Positions 37,001 through 51,150 of a stretch of 64,000 bases of DNA are shown piece by piece; within the stretch, counting starts at the first letter, position 1, and each line of letters opens with the position of its first letter. Source of the stretch: Balanoglossus misakiensis. Lineage: Eukaryota; Animalia; Hemichordata. The stretch lies in assembly GCA_040954595.2 (NCBI GenBank), contig CM082582.2:13242327-13306326 (forward strand), read 5' to 3'. Position numbers and translations under genes: made by a program. Under the pieces are notes generated by a model that saw nothing but the letters and a program-made list of their open reading frames with translations, was not told the DNA's origin and did not search any database.

Positions 37001-40000
37001 TGATCATGTAATTAATTTTTAAACCTGAGAAAATTAAATCCATTTTTTATCTTTCTGTGACCTTCACAGGGGCGGGGTCGCACTGTGTTTAAATCCTCAA
37101 GGAAGACGCAATGGTGAGGCTCTGGTCCGTTTCACATGCGCAGAACACAGAGATTTAGCTTTACAAAGACACAAACATCACCTTGGACACAGATATATCG
37201 AAGTAAGTTCATCTTTGGTAATCTTACTGGAAGTTACAATCATGCCTAACTAATATTTTTCCAAATCCTGTTGTTACAATGTTGGCTTGACCCAAAAGAT
37301 GCAAAGTTCACCACTTGACCAGTTAAAGCGAAAGTACATGAGTGATCAACAAACATGACTTTCAAAATAACCAATAAGTTATGATTTTTGTTGTTTGTAG
37401 GTTTACAAAGCAACTGGAGAAGAGTTTATCAAAATAGCTGCAGGTGGGTCACTCAAAAGTTGCTTTCTTCAAAACCTCCATTTTCATTGGCTTTGAAAGT
37501 CACAGGTCACTGGCTATAGAATCTAGGCTATTGTGGCCTTCTCCTCAATGCACTGTCCACAGGCTTTCATTATCCTATAATTTACACCTAGGGAGCCTGG
37601 GGATCTAGTCAGACACAGAAGAAAATTGTTTGGGAGACGAGGCGCGGTCAATTTTTTATATTCTAAATGATCTGTTCAGCGCCTAGCCTCAAGTCATGAA
37701 CTGTGACCTCTTTTTGAAAATGATTGTCATGTTGTCTGCCACGAAAGGCTGGTTAAGTTAATATGAAAAGATAACATTGTAGAAAGACGGCTAATACAAC
37801 AAGTGAAGTAACTTTGATTCGTTCATGTTTGCCAGTGGTCACATTACTGACCTCTCTCATGAAGCATGCATGTCCACATTTGTGGGTTAGACACACCGAC
37901 TTCAGATCAATCTTCTCATAGACCTTAGAAATTTCTGCCTGCATTTGGGTCAGTATGCAAATATCAATTTTAAATGCTCACACCGATAATGACACACAGC
38001 AGCGTGCTGCAAAATGTTTGTCTCTGCAATTCTAGTCTGTTGGAATTTCTGAACCGATGATAATAAAGCTATTATAGAGTCATAAAGCAAAGGTCAACAC
38101 AGCGTCTAAAGACCACTGGCACATCATTGTCCACTGACCGCCATATTATACTGACAAAAACAAATCAGGATTGAATGAAAAGATATGTAGTTACCGAGCT
38201 CTTTTCAACTATGTGTTCTTCACCTAGCTTTATGTCGGATTGAAGCTGGCAAACCTGATTTACAACAGTCTTTGTTCACTTGATAATAGAAGAGGATTTT
38301 CAATTACAAAAGATTCTCTTCTTAAATGGTTTTCAATTCAGTTGATTACCTGAAGCAGGTGCCCCCTAGTGACAGTGTGACAGTGATTCCTTCAAGTTCT
38401 TATCATGTACTGAGATTCTTGTTACTTCAACCAGGACATGAACATTGTCCGCAAACTACCCACCAATCAATATCACTCACTCAGATGAATATATTTGTAT
38501 TCTCACAGGTAGTTCAAGTGAAGCCAGCCACTTCTTAGCCAGAGATAATGGCCACATTATTGTCCGAATGCGCGGACTCCCATTCTCAGCCACAGCCAAA
38601 GATGTGGTAAGTAGTCACCCCTCCACACTTTTAGTTTTGTTGAATTTTAAAACTGGGTTGCTGTTTGTTGAAACTTTAGAGAAGAGCAGTTGGCAGTTGT
38701 GTTGTGGATGCGCGTCAATAAAATTTGTGAAGTGAACACTTGTTACAGCTGACAAACATTGGTATCATGCACCTTTTAAAAGTTTTTTGGGTAGACATAT
38801 TGCATTCCAATTGTTCCTCTTCAGTCTTAGGAAGTGGATTTATCGCAGTCGATCAGTGATTTGTCACAGCTGAGCAGCACAAATTTCAGAGTTGCATTAG
38901 AACATTGTTGTTGAGTCCTGAGTATTGTTAACGTACTTGTCACAGTTGAATAGTTACTGTTTGTGAAAGCACAGGCAGTAGAAACCGATTATTGGCTATG
39001 GTTACAAGTGGACATCATACATTTCCTAGTTAGTTCAGTGGGAAATTGTTGTACAATTGATTTTGTCACAGTTGAGTGCTAAATATATTTTTACATCTGG
39101 GTAATGAACAACAAAATGTTCGGAGGTGTATAGAGGATATGTTCTTTCAGTTGCAAATTTACACCTGAGTAGTTGATATTTTTTAAACTTTGATATTTGT
39201 CCACGGACATTCATTCATGATATGCAGTGGACATGTATTTATAAAGCAGCAAGTGGTATTTATTAGTCTAGTAGATATTTGTTACAAGTTGGCATATGTT
39301 ACCACAGATGTTACAGATTTGTTATTTTAGCATAGTATATTTTTACTAGCACTCTAAAATAAATATTTTCTATAGTTTACCTTTGTTTTAGTTCAACTTA
39401 GGATATGTTGTATGTATCTTTGATACTTGTAGAATTTACTACATGTATTGCTAAACAGGAATAGTTGTTAGGTGTGCAGTTTTTTACACTCGAATGGTAC
39501 CTGTTAGGGTTCTTCAAGAGGTCAGTACCCCCCAATATATTGGCTCGACGAGTAGCTTTGCAGGAAAGGATAATACCTTTTACTAATTAAAAAAATCAAC
39601 ACATTTTCTTGATCTTGTTCGAATGAATATACCCTCTGGGTACTTCAATTTAATGGCTTTTGGGTGAAATACATCCTCTGTTAATGGTAGACTGAATTGG
39701 CAGGTAATAGGTCAAGTACTTACTAGATTAAGAGATGAAATGACTGACATACTCTTTGGTAAATATAAAATACCAGCAGAATATCACAGAACAAACTGCC
39801 AACTATGACTGCAGGAAAGCCACCCCATTAACATATAGAAACAAACTTGTTATCGTGTTATCTACGTGGACATTAAGTGGCAAAGGAGACTCGCAATGAC
39901 TTAATTGATATTTTAAATAAAATATTCAATCATGGTAAACTAATTCAGATTATGAACTACCGGTAGAATGTGTATTGATGTATGAACTCAGAGTTTAAAA

Positions 40001-43000
40001 TCCTGTAACATTTTAGATTGTTTCCATGTTGCATGCTTAACCAATATACAAATGCTGAATGTAAACAATGAGAGTTCAACTACATAGCAATAGCAGCAGA
40101 CTGCATACAAATAGAACACACTGACAATGGGTGTAGCATATGGTTGGTGCCATTACCAGTTACAGTTGAAGTCCACAGAGCGCAAAAATTGAAGTATGCC
40201 CCTCGGGATGTGAAAATACCTCCCTAGCCCCTGTAATAAATAGAGATATCAAATAGAACAGACTGAATGTGCTGGCATATAAACCATATTTGCAGACTTT
40301 GCATTGTGAAAAGGGCCCTCGCTTGTAAAACGGTAGAACAGCATGGTGCATGAAAACCTTGTGCAAAGGTTACATTACTATTGTTAATCTGACTACACCC
40401 GAACAACACATGCACATGAAAATAAAACAAGTGTTTGGCCCATTTAGATTATTTCCCAAATTTAAAGAAATTTTATCATGGGAGCACAATTGTACACATA
40501 ATTTTATTATATAATTATTTTGTTTCTATAGATATATATGCATCTCAATTTATATCCATGATTGATTTGGTAAAAAAATGATCATAAAACATAATTCAAA
40601 TTACATGTAGATGTATTTAGCTTAATAATTGCAATACAAAATTACATTAAATCATAATACAATTAATACACAGGTTTGGTGTAAACTCTTCATATGAACT
40701 GTAAGATAGTTGGGGAGGGGTCAATGATTTTTAATTATCAGGCAACTTATAAATAATATTAAAAATTCAAATACTTCACTCAACGCAAAATGCAGCATGT
40801 GCATAGAGTATATACAAATTCCTGGAAAAATGGAAATGTAAACATTTCTTCCTTTTACATCAGGTTATGATTGTTTACACTGCGCAACATGTTTCAAACG
40901 GACATGAAGCAATTCGTATTTACAAAATTGAAATAGTGTATCAGACATATTTAAATTTCATCATTACAATATGGTAGTTCATACAATAACAAACTCTAAA
41001 CTGTTTTGACCCTGTTCATTGTGCACTTGAAAAGTTATGACTAAAATTGGACGTCAACTAAAATGACAACATTAATACAAACAAACCTTGAATGTTATTT
41101 ACATCTTTTGATTGTTCACTGAAATTAAAATGAAGTTAAATATCAGCTGTATTCAACATACTACCTAATTAGTGGTACATTATCTAAAAATACTCAAGGT
41201 TTGTGGTCTGATCACATGTCTGCTTGGTTTATGAGATAATGATGGCTGCCAATATGGTGTCTTGTGGTAGTCACATGACTGCCCCGTGATGGATGATGTC
41301 GCAATTAGAAATTCAGTGCTGAGCAAACCACAACAGAATTTATGCAAGTGATATATGAGTATCTAGGAGAACTCAAACCGCACAGCATGAATTTGCCTTG
41401 CAAAAGGGTCAGAATGACTTTGCCATAATACCATCCCTAAGATTTCTATTAACTGCTATAACTGAACTGTAAGTTTCCTCTGCTGAGGTTGTTTTCCCAA
41501 GGTGAACAGATGATGACTTTGATAAACCTATGAATACTTTATACATGTATATATGAATTGCATTATAGCACATGATACTTCTAAGTGTTTAGTTTGAACA
41601 GTACTTAATTGTTGATTGTGTGGAACCTTATTTAACAGAACTCGCATATCAAAAATGCAGAGTGCAACAATTTCCTATTTGTTTATATAAATGGATTGCA
41701 CATGTTTAAAAAATCCTCAAATTTCAAATTGACACCTGTTGCTCCTTCATACCAATGCTGCAATAAAGTTTTCTTATCTTGCATTGCTGGGCATGGACTG
41801 CTCAAAAACACACCCCAAATGATTTATTCTGTTAATGCAGCCATTATAGCAAACAACTGCTTAAATGATAACACCTATATAAACTCCAACCTCTGACACC
41901 TATACACAATAAATACCATTGGCACCATATACTAGTCACATTTTTGGATAGTATAAATTGAAGGCTCATAATTCATCAACAATGTGTTTACAGTACAAAT
42001 CAATTATGTGAGAACCAATGCTATATGGACAATTATGCATACATCACAGCACAGCATGTCTGTACAGACAGAAATAATTATTTGCATTGTTTAGAATAAT
42101 GATTCATTTGGCTGAAACAAGTCAAAAGTTCCGTATGAAACATCAGAACTCCGGGCTGTTCAGCTTTTCACATTCTTTTCGCTACTTTTGCTTTTAAAAA
42201 GTTTCTGAATGTTTTCCGAAGCTTCATAAATGTTCCACCAAAATTGGACAGACTCAACTCCATACTTTTTATATTAAAATGATATTATATTTAATTATAA
42301 GTGAATCTGCCCATTAAGGACACCTGGTACCACAGCTTGATGGGGCCTACGTATGTTGTTGGTTTAAGATATTTTGAAAAGGATGATTTAATTCATCTCC
42401 TGGATCTTATGATTTTAAACCTTGTTGCCGGGATTACTGCATTAATGTTTAACATCCCATCATATTCTGTATATTTTCTACACTTTTAAAAACCAAAATA
42501 TACATGTATATAGTTATACCTTTTAACAAAACCAACATCCTTTATTGTTTTTCTGCAGATTGCCTTTTTTGGTGATGATTATCCAGTATCCGGAGGGGAG
42601 GAAGGAGTTTTGTTTGTACGCTATCCTGATGGAAGATCTACTGGTGATGCTTTTGTGTTGTTTTCAAGTGAAGAACATGCAACAGCTGCACTTGGCAAAC
42701 ACAAAGACAACCTGGGTTCCAGATACATTGAACTTTTCAGAAGTACAACTGCAGAAGTACAACAGGTAAAAATCTTTAAGTTACTTTCTGAACTGTAGAC
42801 TGGCACTTATATAGCACAGAGTACACTGAATTTAAATTGCGTTTGTATTCTTGTTAAGCTCTTCTACCAATTGCCTGTTCACATCCAATGATACAATTCC
42901 CAGCCCTTTCCCCTATATGTCAGCCAGTAGGAAAATTAAACTGAGGCCACAATGTGGTGTTGCTACTTTATATAAATGTGTGATCATGTCAACTTTAATA

Positions 43001-46000
43001 TTAATACAGATATGATTTTGTCAGATCTAAAATTAACTTTGACTCGTGTAGAACAAAGAGTTCAACACAGCAAATGATCTATCTTTAGAAGTAAAATTAT
43101 ACAGGTTGATTATACAGCTTGATGCATCCTCACAGTTGAAATCATTTTACTCTTCCATCCTAGAAAAGTTTGGTGTGTGTCTCGCACATGCCCCTTGCTA
43201 TCAATTCTTATCGCTGCAACTGTGGCTGGTGCATACATGTCTTTGTTAATATATCTCCACTTATATAGTTCAGCACAGCTTGGAGTACATTTGACCTGCC
43301 TGCTCTGTACGTTGCTTCCAATATCCACAGCCTCACTTAAGCCAGTCCGCTTGCATAAAATTTTAATATGTCAAATGAAATTTCAAAAGGGTACATCCCT
43401 CAGGATTATAAGCTTAAAATGAAACGCTCATACTAAGCTTCTTATGTTAAATAATTCCACTTTGCGAGCCAGTCAGAGGGTGACCAGCTGACGTGTGAGT
43501 CTTTACAGTATGTCTGTTTCCACAGCAACAGCGAATTTGCAAACTAGTAGGGTTACATCTGTTACACAGCCTAAACAAGAGACTCCACTTCTACAAAGCT
43601 TTCTCTCTCCTCTATGAAATTAAGGCAGACAAAAAAGTGCTTCCGTCATGCCTGCAAAAACTTAGCATACAAATTAAAACTCTGTCAACAGATGGAGGTA
43701 GAATCAGCTTTACACACGATGTGGCATTTGATGTTTGGCGAGCAGCGGTTGATTCATTTGAACCGTTTCATCATGGCAGACTGCAGCCACTATTTGGAAT
43801 AATATGCCTACATGCATGGAAGAGATCTAAGCATAAATCGACTGAACTCGAGTGCAAGCAGAATCATTTTTGTGAGGGTTTTGTACACCTTTACACTGAC
43901 TGATGGCAATCTGGAACCTTCATCCTGATGTTTCTGTAGGAGCACTTCATTCTTTCCTTGTTTTAATCATTACTTAGCATTGCTTCATTATTTGAAAATG
44001 ATAATAAGTAAGCTTTTCACTTGGCAAAGTACTTATAAACACAAAGGTCATCCAACATATAATGTTTTGGCATGCAAAGCTAATTATACACATGTTGGCC
44101 GATCAAGTTTACAGATGTTTTCTAATATTTGTTTGCTCTAGATACATATTAATTACCATTTGCAAATACTTAATAATCAGGTTTGTCATAGTAATTACAG
44201 GGACATGTGTTTTGCTGTTGGTCATTTCACTGATGTTTTATCTTTTTTCTCTTCTCTCAAAGGTTCTGAGCCGATACCAGCAACATCCATTGATTCCCAA
44301 TGGTCCTCCTCCACCAGCCGGCACTGTTCCTATGTTGCCACAGCAGATGATAACCACTGGATCCATGCGGGATTGCATACGGATGAGAGGTCTTCCATTC
44401 TCTGCCACAGTTGAGGATATCATGAAGTTCTTGGGAGAGTTTGCTCATTACATTCGCCCTCATGGTGTCCACATGGTTCTAAATCAACAGGTAGGAATCT
44501 ATTCAAATAGTTGAAATACAACTGAATGAGAGATATGTGGCCTTTAACTGCTGGAACAATGTTCCATACATCTATTCATTTGCTGTGTTGCAAATCTATT
44601 CACTTCTGTTTTTACACATGCTAGCTATTCTAGACATGACTAGGCAAAAACAATTGACTTGAAATACTTGAAATAGACATACACATATTTCATTGTTTCA
44701 CAAAGGTGTTTTCCCTTCAGGAAGCTCTAACAAAGAACTTTTCAGTTGTTTTAATTAAACTATAAAACTTTGTCATTGTCAAAAATATTTTCTATCATGT
44801 TTTTGTCAAAACATGTTGGTACATGTACTCTGTGTCATGTGGCTCTTTGAGGCCTTCATTTTTTTCATTGAAGAGAGATAAAAGACAACATAATATCTAC
44901 AAAAACAAAATGCCATTCTTTTGTTGGTGTGGGTTTGTTTGAAATTTGATATATTTATCTATTAGTTACTCATGCTAGTTTATCGCTGATGGAAACGATA
45001 GCCCACAATCAACAACTACTGACTCAGACACTTATCTGTGTGTACTGTCTTTCATGTGTCACCAGAAGAATAGGTTTGTTTGCCTTTATGTAATTGCATT
45101 TGTGCACCTCAACTGAACAAAAACAGATGAGATAAAATGTTCCTTCGTTCCTGCCCCCATTCAATACTGACCTCTGACATTTGTCCTTTAACACTGAACA
45201 GGGCCGACCATCTGGTGATGCATTCATCCAAATGATTTCAGCAGAAAAGGCCTTGCATGCTGCACAGCAATGCCACCGTAAACATATGGGCGAGCGTTAC
45301 ATTGAGGTCTTCCAATGCTCTGGTGACGAGATGAATTTTGTCCTCATGGGTGGAACGCTCAACAGAGGTGGCATATCTCCACCAGGTTTGTATTCTTGCA
45401 TAACAAGATACCACATCATTGTAAAAAACAACTGGAAACAGTCATGTCTTAATTGACATCAGTTCATATGAATATTAGTTTTTGCAATCATTAAACTACC
45501 AGTAGAATGTACAACAAGCATCTTTGGACAATAATACTTGAAATATCACTTAATGAACCACACCACATCACGTCTACAGTTTCCATATCAGATCTGAACT
45601 TTAAACATTTAATTGATTGATAAGAATGTATCATTTCTAATTCACCAAGTTTCAACATGTCTAGATTTCTTTTCAAATATTTCTTTTTGTGATTCACATC
45701 AGTAGTTGAAGGATCATGGGTACCAATTGCGTTCATACTCAATATAACAACAGAGAGTTCCCCCCCCCCCTACACATTCAACACTTGCACTGAGACACAT
45801 GGTAGCCCCATGCTACATATATATACTGATGATCTGACTATAGATTGTGTTTGTTTGTTTCTCTCTGCTCCACCACATGCAGCTGGAGCCATTCCTGCCC
45901 AGCCACAGTTTACGCCATACCCAGGTGCAATACCATCCCCACCAGCGGCTTCTGTGATGGGACCAATTCCAATACCTCAGAGACAGCCACCTGCAGCTGC

Positions 46001-48799
46001 TCCAGCAGCCTACTATCATCCGCCCCTCTACTATTTTCCCAGCCCTCCAGTTTCTCCCACAAGCCAGGCATACTATTCACCGCATAACGGAGCTGTAGTG
46101 CGCATGAGGGGACTGCCGTTTACAACTTCAGTTAATGACATTGTGTCCTTCTTTCAAGGATATGGGGTAAGGTTTATTTCTTGACACACTTAAAACTTTG
46201 ACGGTTATCGTTTAGAGTCTTGGAAAAACGTAAAAAAAATGGCATCTCTACAAAGGTGTTTCACCCTCATACATTTCATCATCCAACATTCAACAGCAGT
46301 AGTGGTGGGTAACCATAGCAACCAACACTATAGGCATGGGTTGCCATGACAGTGTTTTAAATCTACTCATGGAGATCATTTGGCAGGATTTGATTGGTGG
46401 CAGATAGATGGTATTTAGTAGGGGGGAAACAGGTAACTAATTAACATGCAGTTTACATTAAAATTGTCAAATTTAAACATTGGTGGCAAGATGGTCTGCA
46501 CAAATGGGGAGGGGACACTCTGGGGGGTTGAAGCTGGGCAAATCACAAGGGATGGAGAAAAAACTGTTTGAATGTATGGATCTAGATGAATGTATAGAAG
46601 TGGAACACTCTTTGTCAACTACTTGATCCTATATAGAAGCTGAGCTGGAATGTAAGTATTCTACAGTGACTTTGGTCATGGGATATAGAACAAGAATTGA
46701 ACAATTTTTTCTCAGGAAAGACAAACACTGAATCTTTTATGCCGGAGCTTTATAGTGTTGAAAGAGACAAAGTTTACTGCATTTTGAATGTATATATTTT
46801 CATTTTCATACAAGAAGTTCAATTGTTCTTCTGACTGAGATACACGTACTGCATTATGCGTTGTTTATTTCAGTCACCAAAGTAACATACCCTCAATACA
46901 TGAAACCAAAATGTCAAAAGTTGGTAAATTTATGTGTGTCTACTTTTGTAGATGAAGGGAAATGTTATTCATGTTTTCTTTTCTTGGATGATGTTTTCTT
47001 GGAAAAAAATGAACATGATGCATTTCAAGAAGAAAGTCGTACATGTTTGCATAATTGTTACTAGTCCAACAACTTACATTTCAGCTTGTTATGTGTCTGC
47101 GGGCATTGCTTAGGTTGTATGAGCAACTTCTATACAAAGATGTGATTAAGTTGCTACCAAACAATGACATTGTGGAAATTTGCAGTAGTTATATGTACAA
47201 AGAAAATTAATGTGCCCTGGTGAACTAGGAAATGAACTAGTAAATGTGTCCTTTGGAAAAGTGGAAACAAATGTACTTAGTTGAAAACTAGTCATGAAAA
47301 GAGCCCCATGGTTTCTATTATTACATCTGAATGTAGTGTAATTTCCAAAGTTGTTCATGCCAAGTCCAACAACAATATCCTGCCATGTGTTGAATTCCTG
47401 TGAACAATACGATCACTGAATTCACAACTCAGTAAATATTGACGGAAAACTTTCTCTGAAATTTTTGTACAAAAAGGGATACTACTAGCACACATGTTGT
47501 GCAAAGTAATATTGCTGAGAGGCAGGCCTGTCTGTCCAATGAGCAATATGCCACAGTAGGCCATGATGATGGATGTTACGATCTCGGCAGAGAACACCAG
47601 CAATTTATGGAGAGTTACCCCACCATAGGTAGAGACAAGTTCTATCAAATTGGGTGCTAATCTACTTTGTAGGAGGAGTCTTTTTTACATGGTGTGGTCG
47701 TAGCCATGTTGGTTCTGGTGTTCATGTAGCCTGGCTGTTTGGGCACTAAGTGTTTACATTCATTCCTTGTTTTTTGGCTCTTTTTGCTGTGTTTGGTGTC
47801 ACCATGGGTTTTAGAGGGGGCAAAAAAGTTGACTGTTACAGGTATAGAGCTCCTAACTTCTTGCGTTTTTCTCTTTTCAGAACTGATGTGAAGGGATCAG
47901 GCTAAATACTCTCTGCTTTTTAAATAAATGTACGTGCCTTTACTTTTAATGTGGTTTCTGCACTCACATATTTTAGTGATTATACTAAAAAGGGAAAGAC
48001 TTTTCATATTCATAAAGTTAATGACCCTTTCTCAATGTTCTCCCAGGCAATTGTTCCTTTTGCTGGTTTATTTATCTTATACCCAAATTGATGGGATTTT
48101 TTTTCTTTTCCCCTCACCCCCGATTCCCCAAACCAATCACTTTATTTAAAATGACACACAAAACTGGGAAATAAGGAACACGCACGCACAAGCACAATCA
48201 AGCACAAATAAAGACACTGCAATTTTTTCTGCTTTAATCAGGTTGCACATGCACAATAACAATCTGCATGCATAGAGTTGACGTCTTCTTGTTGTTTTTG
48301 TGTCAGTATGTTTGATATTGCATGTTATCCATGTATTGCTTGGTTGTGGTCTGTGATGGTGTATAGGGGAATCTTTATAATACAATGTCATGTCTTTGGG
48401 TCATTTTCTGTTGATTTTGTTTCCATCTTTGACTGATCTATTAATATGACTTTTTTATTCGGTGTTTTGAACAGATTGGTGTTTTATTGGTGTGGTGTTG
48501 TTGATTCTTCTGTCATCTTCCTTTCTTTTTCATCGGTACTTAAGGAGTCATTTTCTTAGGTGAATAGTTCTTCTGATTCATTCTTACATGACTCGTGTAC
48601 TAACCCCAACCATTCATGCTCAATTTTTTTTCCTGTTCAGGTACCCCACCACAGTGTACAACTACAGTATAATCAAGATGGTCGCCACAATGGAGACGCC
48701 ATAGTAACTTTTCACTCTTCGGAGATAGCGTTACGTGCGATTCGGGAGAAGAATCATCAACACATAGGCAACCGCTATGTGGAACTCTATCTTGGCTAG
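28063..48799 (+). CDS. ESRP1: Epithelial splicing regulatory protein (ESRP1/2 co-ortholog, fusilli): DnaQ-like N-terminal domain plus four RRMs
   Basis: Exons 28063-28194, 28407-28535, 29056-29278, 33882-33971, 35008-35062, 36014-36124, 37070-37202, 37401-37443, 38509-38606, 42559-42765, 44263-44490, 45202-45385, 45883-46166 and 48641-48799 splice in frame. Motifs YLVVL...[103 protein letters not shown]. Confidence 0.97.
29279..33881 (+). other. U12-type GT-AG intron in ESRP (4.6 kb)
   Basis: 5'ss GTATCCTTT at 29279. Branch TTTCCTTGAC at 33860-33869, 12 nt before the AG, with no pyrimidine tract. Splicing restores DMAE-Y-LKV. Confidence 0.93.
32273..32609 (+). promoter_or_regulatory. Cluster of eight TGGTG (ESRP-type RNA binding motif) inside the ESRP U12 intron
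   Basis: TGGTG at 32273, 32284, 32296, 32313, 32439, 32460, 32565 and 32605. Confidence 0.6.
47881..47929 (+). other. Candidate alternative stop-containing exon of ESRP that truncates RRM4
   Basis: Strong acceptor tcctaac-ttcttgcgtttttctcttttcag, then AAC TGA in phase 0. AATAAA at 47923-47928 and a possible donor GTACGT at 47930. Confidence 0.6.
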
Positions 48800-48998
48800 A
48801 GCACTTTGATTCTACGACTGAATGGATACTGTTCTGCTATGCCTCTGTTGAGTGGCAACAAATGTCTATCACCCAAGTCTTCCATATTTTGCATGACTTT
48901 GTAGATAGGAACAAAAATGAATTTTTTTTGAAATTTTACGCAATATTTTAAATATTTTAAGATTTATTGAACATATTCATCTCCACATGAGCCACAAT

Positions 48999-51150
48999 GT
49001 GCCTTTTAATGTCGTACAGAAATTCAATTATTTTGTTCACAAATCGAGAATGTATCAAAAACTAACTAGTTCATGCATGTCTTTTTTTGGTTAACATTTT
49101 AAAAAAATTATGTATGACATATTTTTGACAAAAGCAACGCAAGTTTTGGTGCTCACACTCCTCAAAAATAAGAAGAAAACAAATTTAGCTCTGTTTTAGC
49201 AACAGAACAAATTTCTCTGTGAATGAAAAATGGTTTGATTTAAGAACGGCAGAGGTTTCTACACCAATGAGTGCAAGATGAAGATTAGAGCTCATAATCA
49301 AATCCAAAAGATACACCATATTACAGAAATGCAGATTTTATTTGAACTTTGACCCCGACGCACCTATATACTGCCAAGTGTTGAGAATATTTTATTGTCT
49401 GACCAGAGTATACTATAGTTAAAACAGGCAGCCATTTTGAAGTCTATACACGCTGAAAACCCAAGATCAAACTGAAGAATTATTACCGGTAGGCTGTACT
49501 ATTCTTCAGAAAATAGAACTAAAACATGACTTGTATGTTAACTTTTAATTATAGCATCGCTAGCACCACCCAATCAATTTAGATAAATTATTTAGCTATT
49601 TTCAGGCAGACCAATTAATCTGCATAGCAGTGAGTTGATATTTTTGTAGATTTAGTTGTACATAGAATTGACCAATGAATCAGGCTGTGATCCATATGCC
49701 TGTTCTAACTATTTAATACTCATACTCAACCTCACTAAAAGTTATTATATTATTATTTATTATCTGATTGCCTAGTATGTCCAACTACTCTGCCAGACAC
49801 ATTATTGTTCATCTATGCAATCAAGTAGATGCACATATTATTGAGAAAAAATAATCATGGCTTTTATGTACCAATTATTGAAAGAAAATCACTGCATGGA
49901 TGTGTATACATTATTGAGAGAAACTCATGGCTGGGAGACATACATTATTTAGATAAAAGTTCTAACCTAAGATGTTGACACTGTTGACAGGAAAACACAA
50001 ACATGACCCAAAAGTTTGTTAAAAGTACTGCTTGGATGAGAATGTTCTTGATGGGAAATCATGACCGAGATGTAAACAGAAAATATTTGTACCAGAAAAA
50101 GCAGTGACTTGACAAACAGAATGCATGGAACACTTAAATTTTGAAGAAGAAAAATCTTACATTTGCATTTAAGCCTTGATGAAAATCTAATCAATCACAG
50201 CTCAGATGTTTCTAGTTTTTGAGTCAGAAAGCTTGGTGCTAACCCAATCCTATCACCCAGTCATCTAGAAAACTAAACTCTCATGAAAAGCAGCAGTTTT
50301 TTAATCTTTCATATCTAGATCAAGTTATAATATTATGAACTTAGAGAAAATATTAGAAAATGTTCTCTTCTTTTAACTTCTTAGTATGCATGCACTTTCA
50401 AACTAGCTTTTAACACAACTCAGAAATTATCAACTAAATTATTCTCAGAACCAATATTTTAAACTTTTTAATAATTGTTATAATGTTGTGATCATATCAT
50501 GATTGATATAGCATCACTATGGTAACCATTTTTGTGAAGTATGTAGAATCAGTAGATATAATATTTTAGTCATCGGTTCTCAACTCATCAATGTGCCTTG
50601 TCTAGCTAACATACGTATCAAGTTCCCAGTATTTACATCCATATTTGTGCCTTACCACAATATTTCACAATAAACCACTAACTAATAAAAATGAATAGAT
50701 CGCAGAAATTTTAGGAATTTTTACTCACAAAGCTGGTGGCTGGAATTTTTATGAAAAAAAGAGAACAGTGACCCAGTGCAATAACAAACAAACAAACAAA
50801 CCAGGATGTGCCTTGATGGGAGGCAGTGATGAACTGCCCCAGCAAACAAACAAACAAACATGTACATTCATCTCAAAATTGTACCTTTCTAGAGTTAACT
50901 CTCCAAACGAAAATAGAATTTAAGAAATGTTGCAATATAGAAAAGGAAGATCATGATGAAAAAGTTCAGGATGCAGCTATTTTTTGAGAGTTTTGAGTTG
51001 TTGACCGACTTCCTGGTGGAAATCGCCAGGGGTCCTAACAGGGCCAAAAACCGAGAACTGTACATGTAGACAGGACCTCACAAGGTCTGACAGAGTTGAA
51101 TATTCTGTTGATGATGTGTATGAAATCTTCCAAGAGAGAATACTGCCTTA
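48999..51150 (+). promoter_or_regulatory. miR-124 seed matches in the ESRP 3'UTR
   Basis: GTGCCTT at 48999, 50593 and 50808; GTGCCTTA at 50647; TGCCTTA at 51144. Confidence 0.6.

Noticed and set aside
50815-50845. Hairpin ggcagt-gatga-actgcc between AAAC runs as a SECIS or snoRNA
   Set aside because: It is too short, lacks the SECIS core and a D box, and there is no in-frame UGA in the main ESRP frame.
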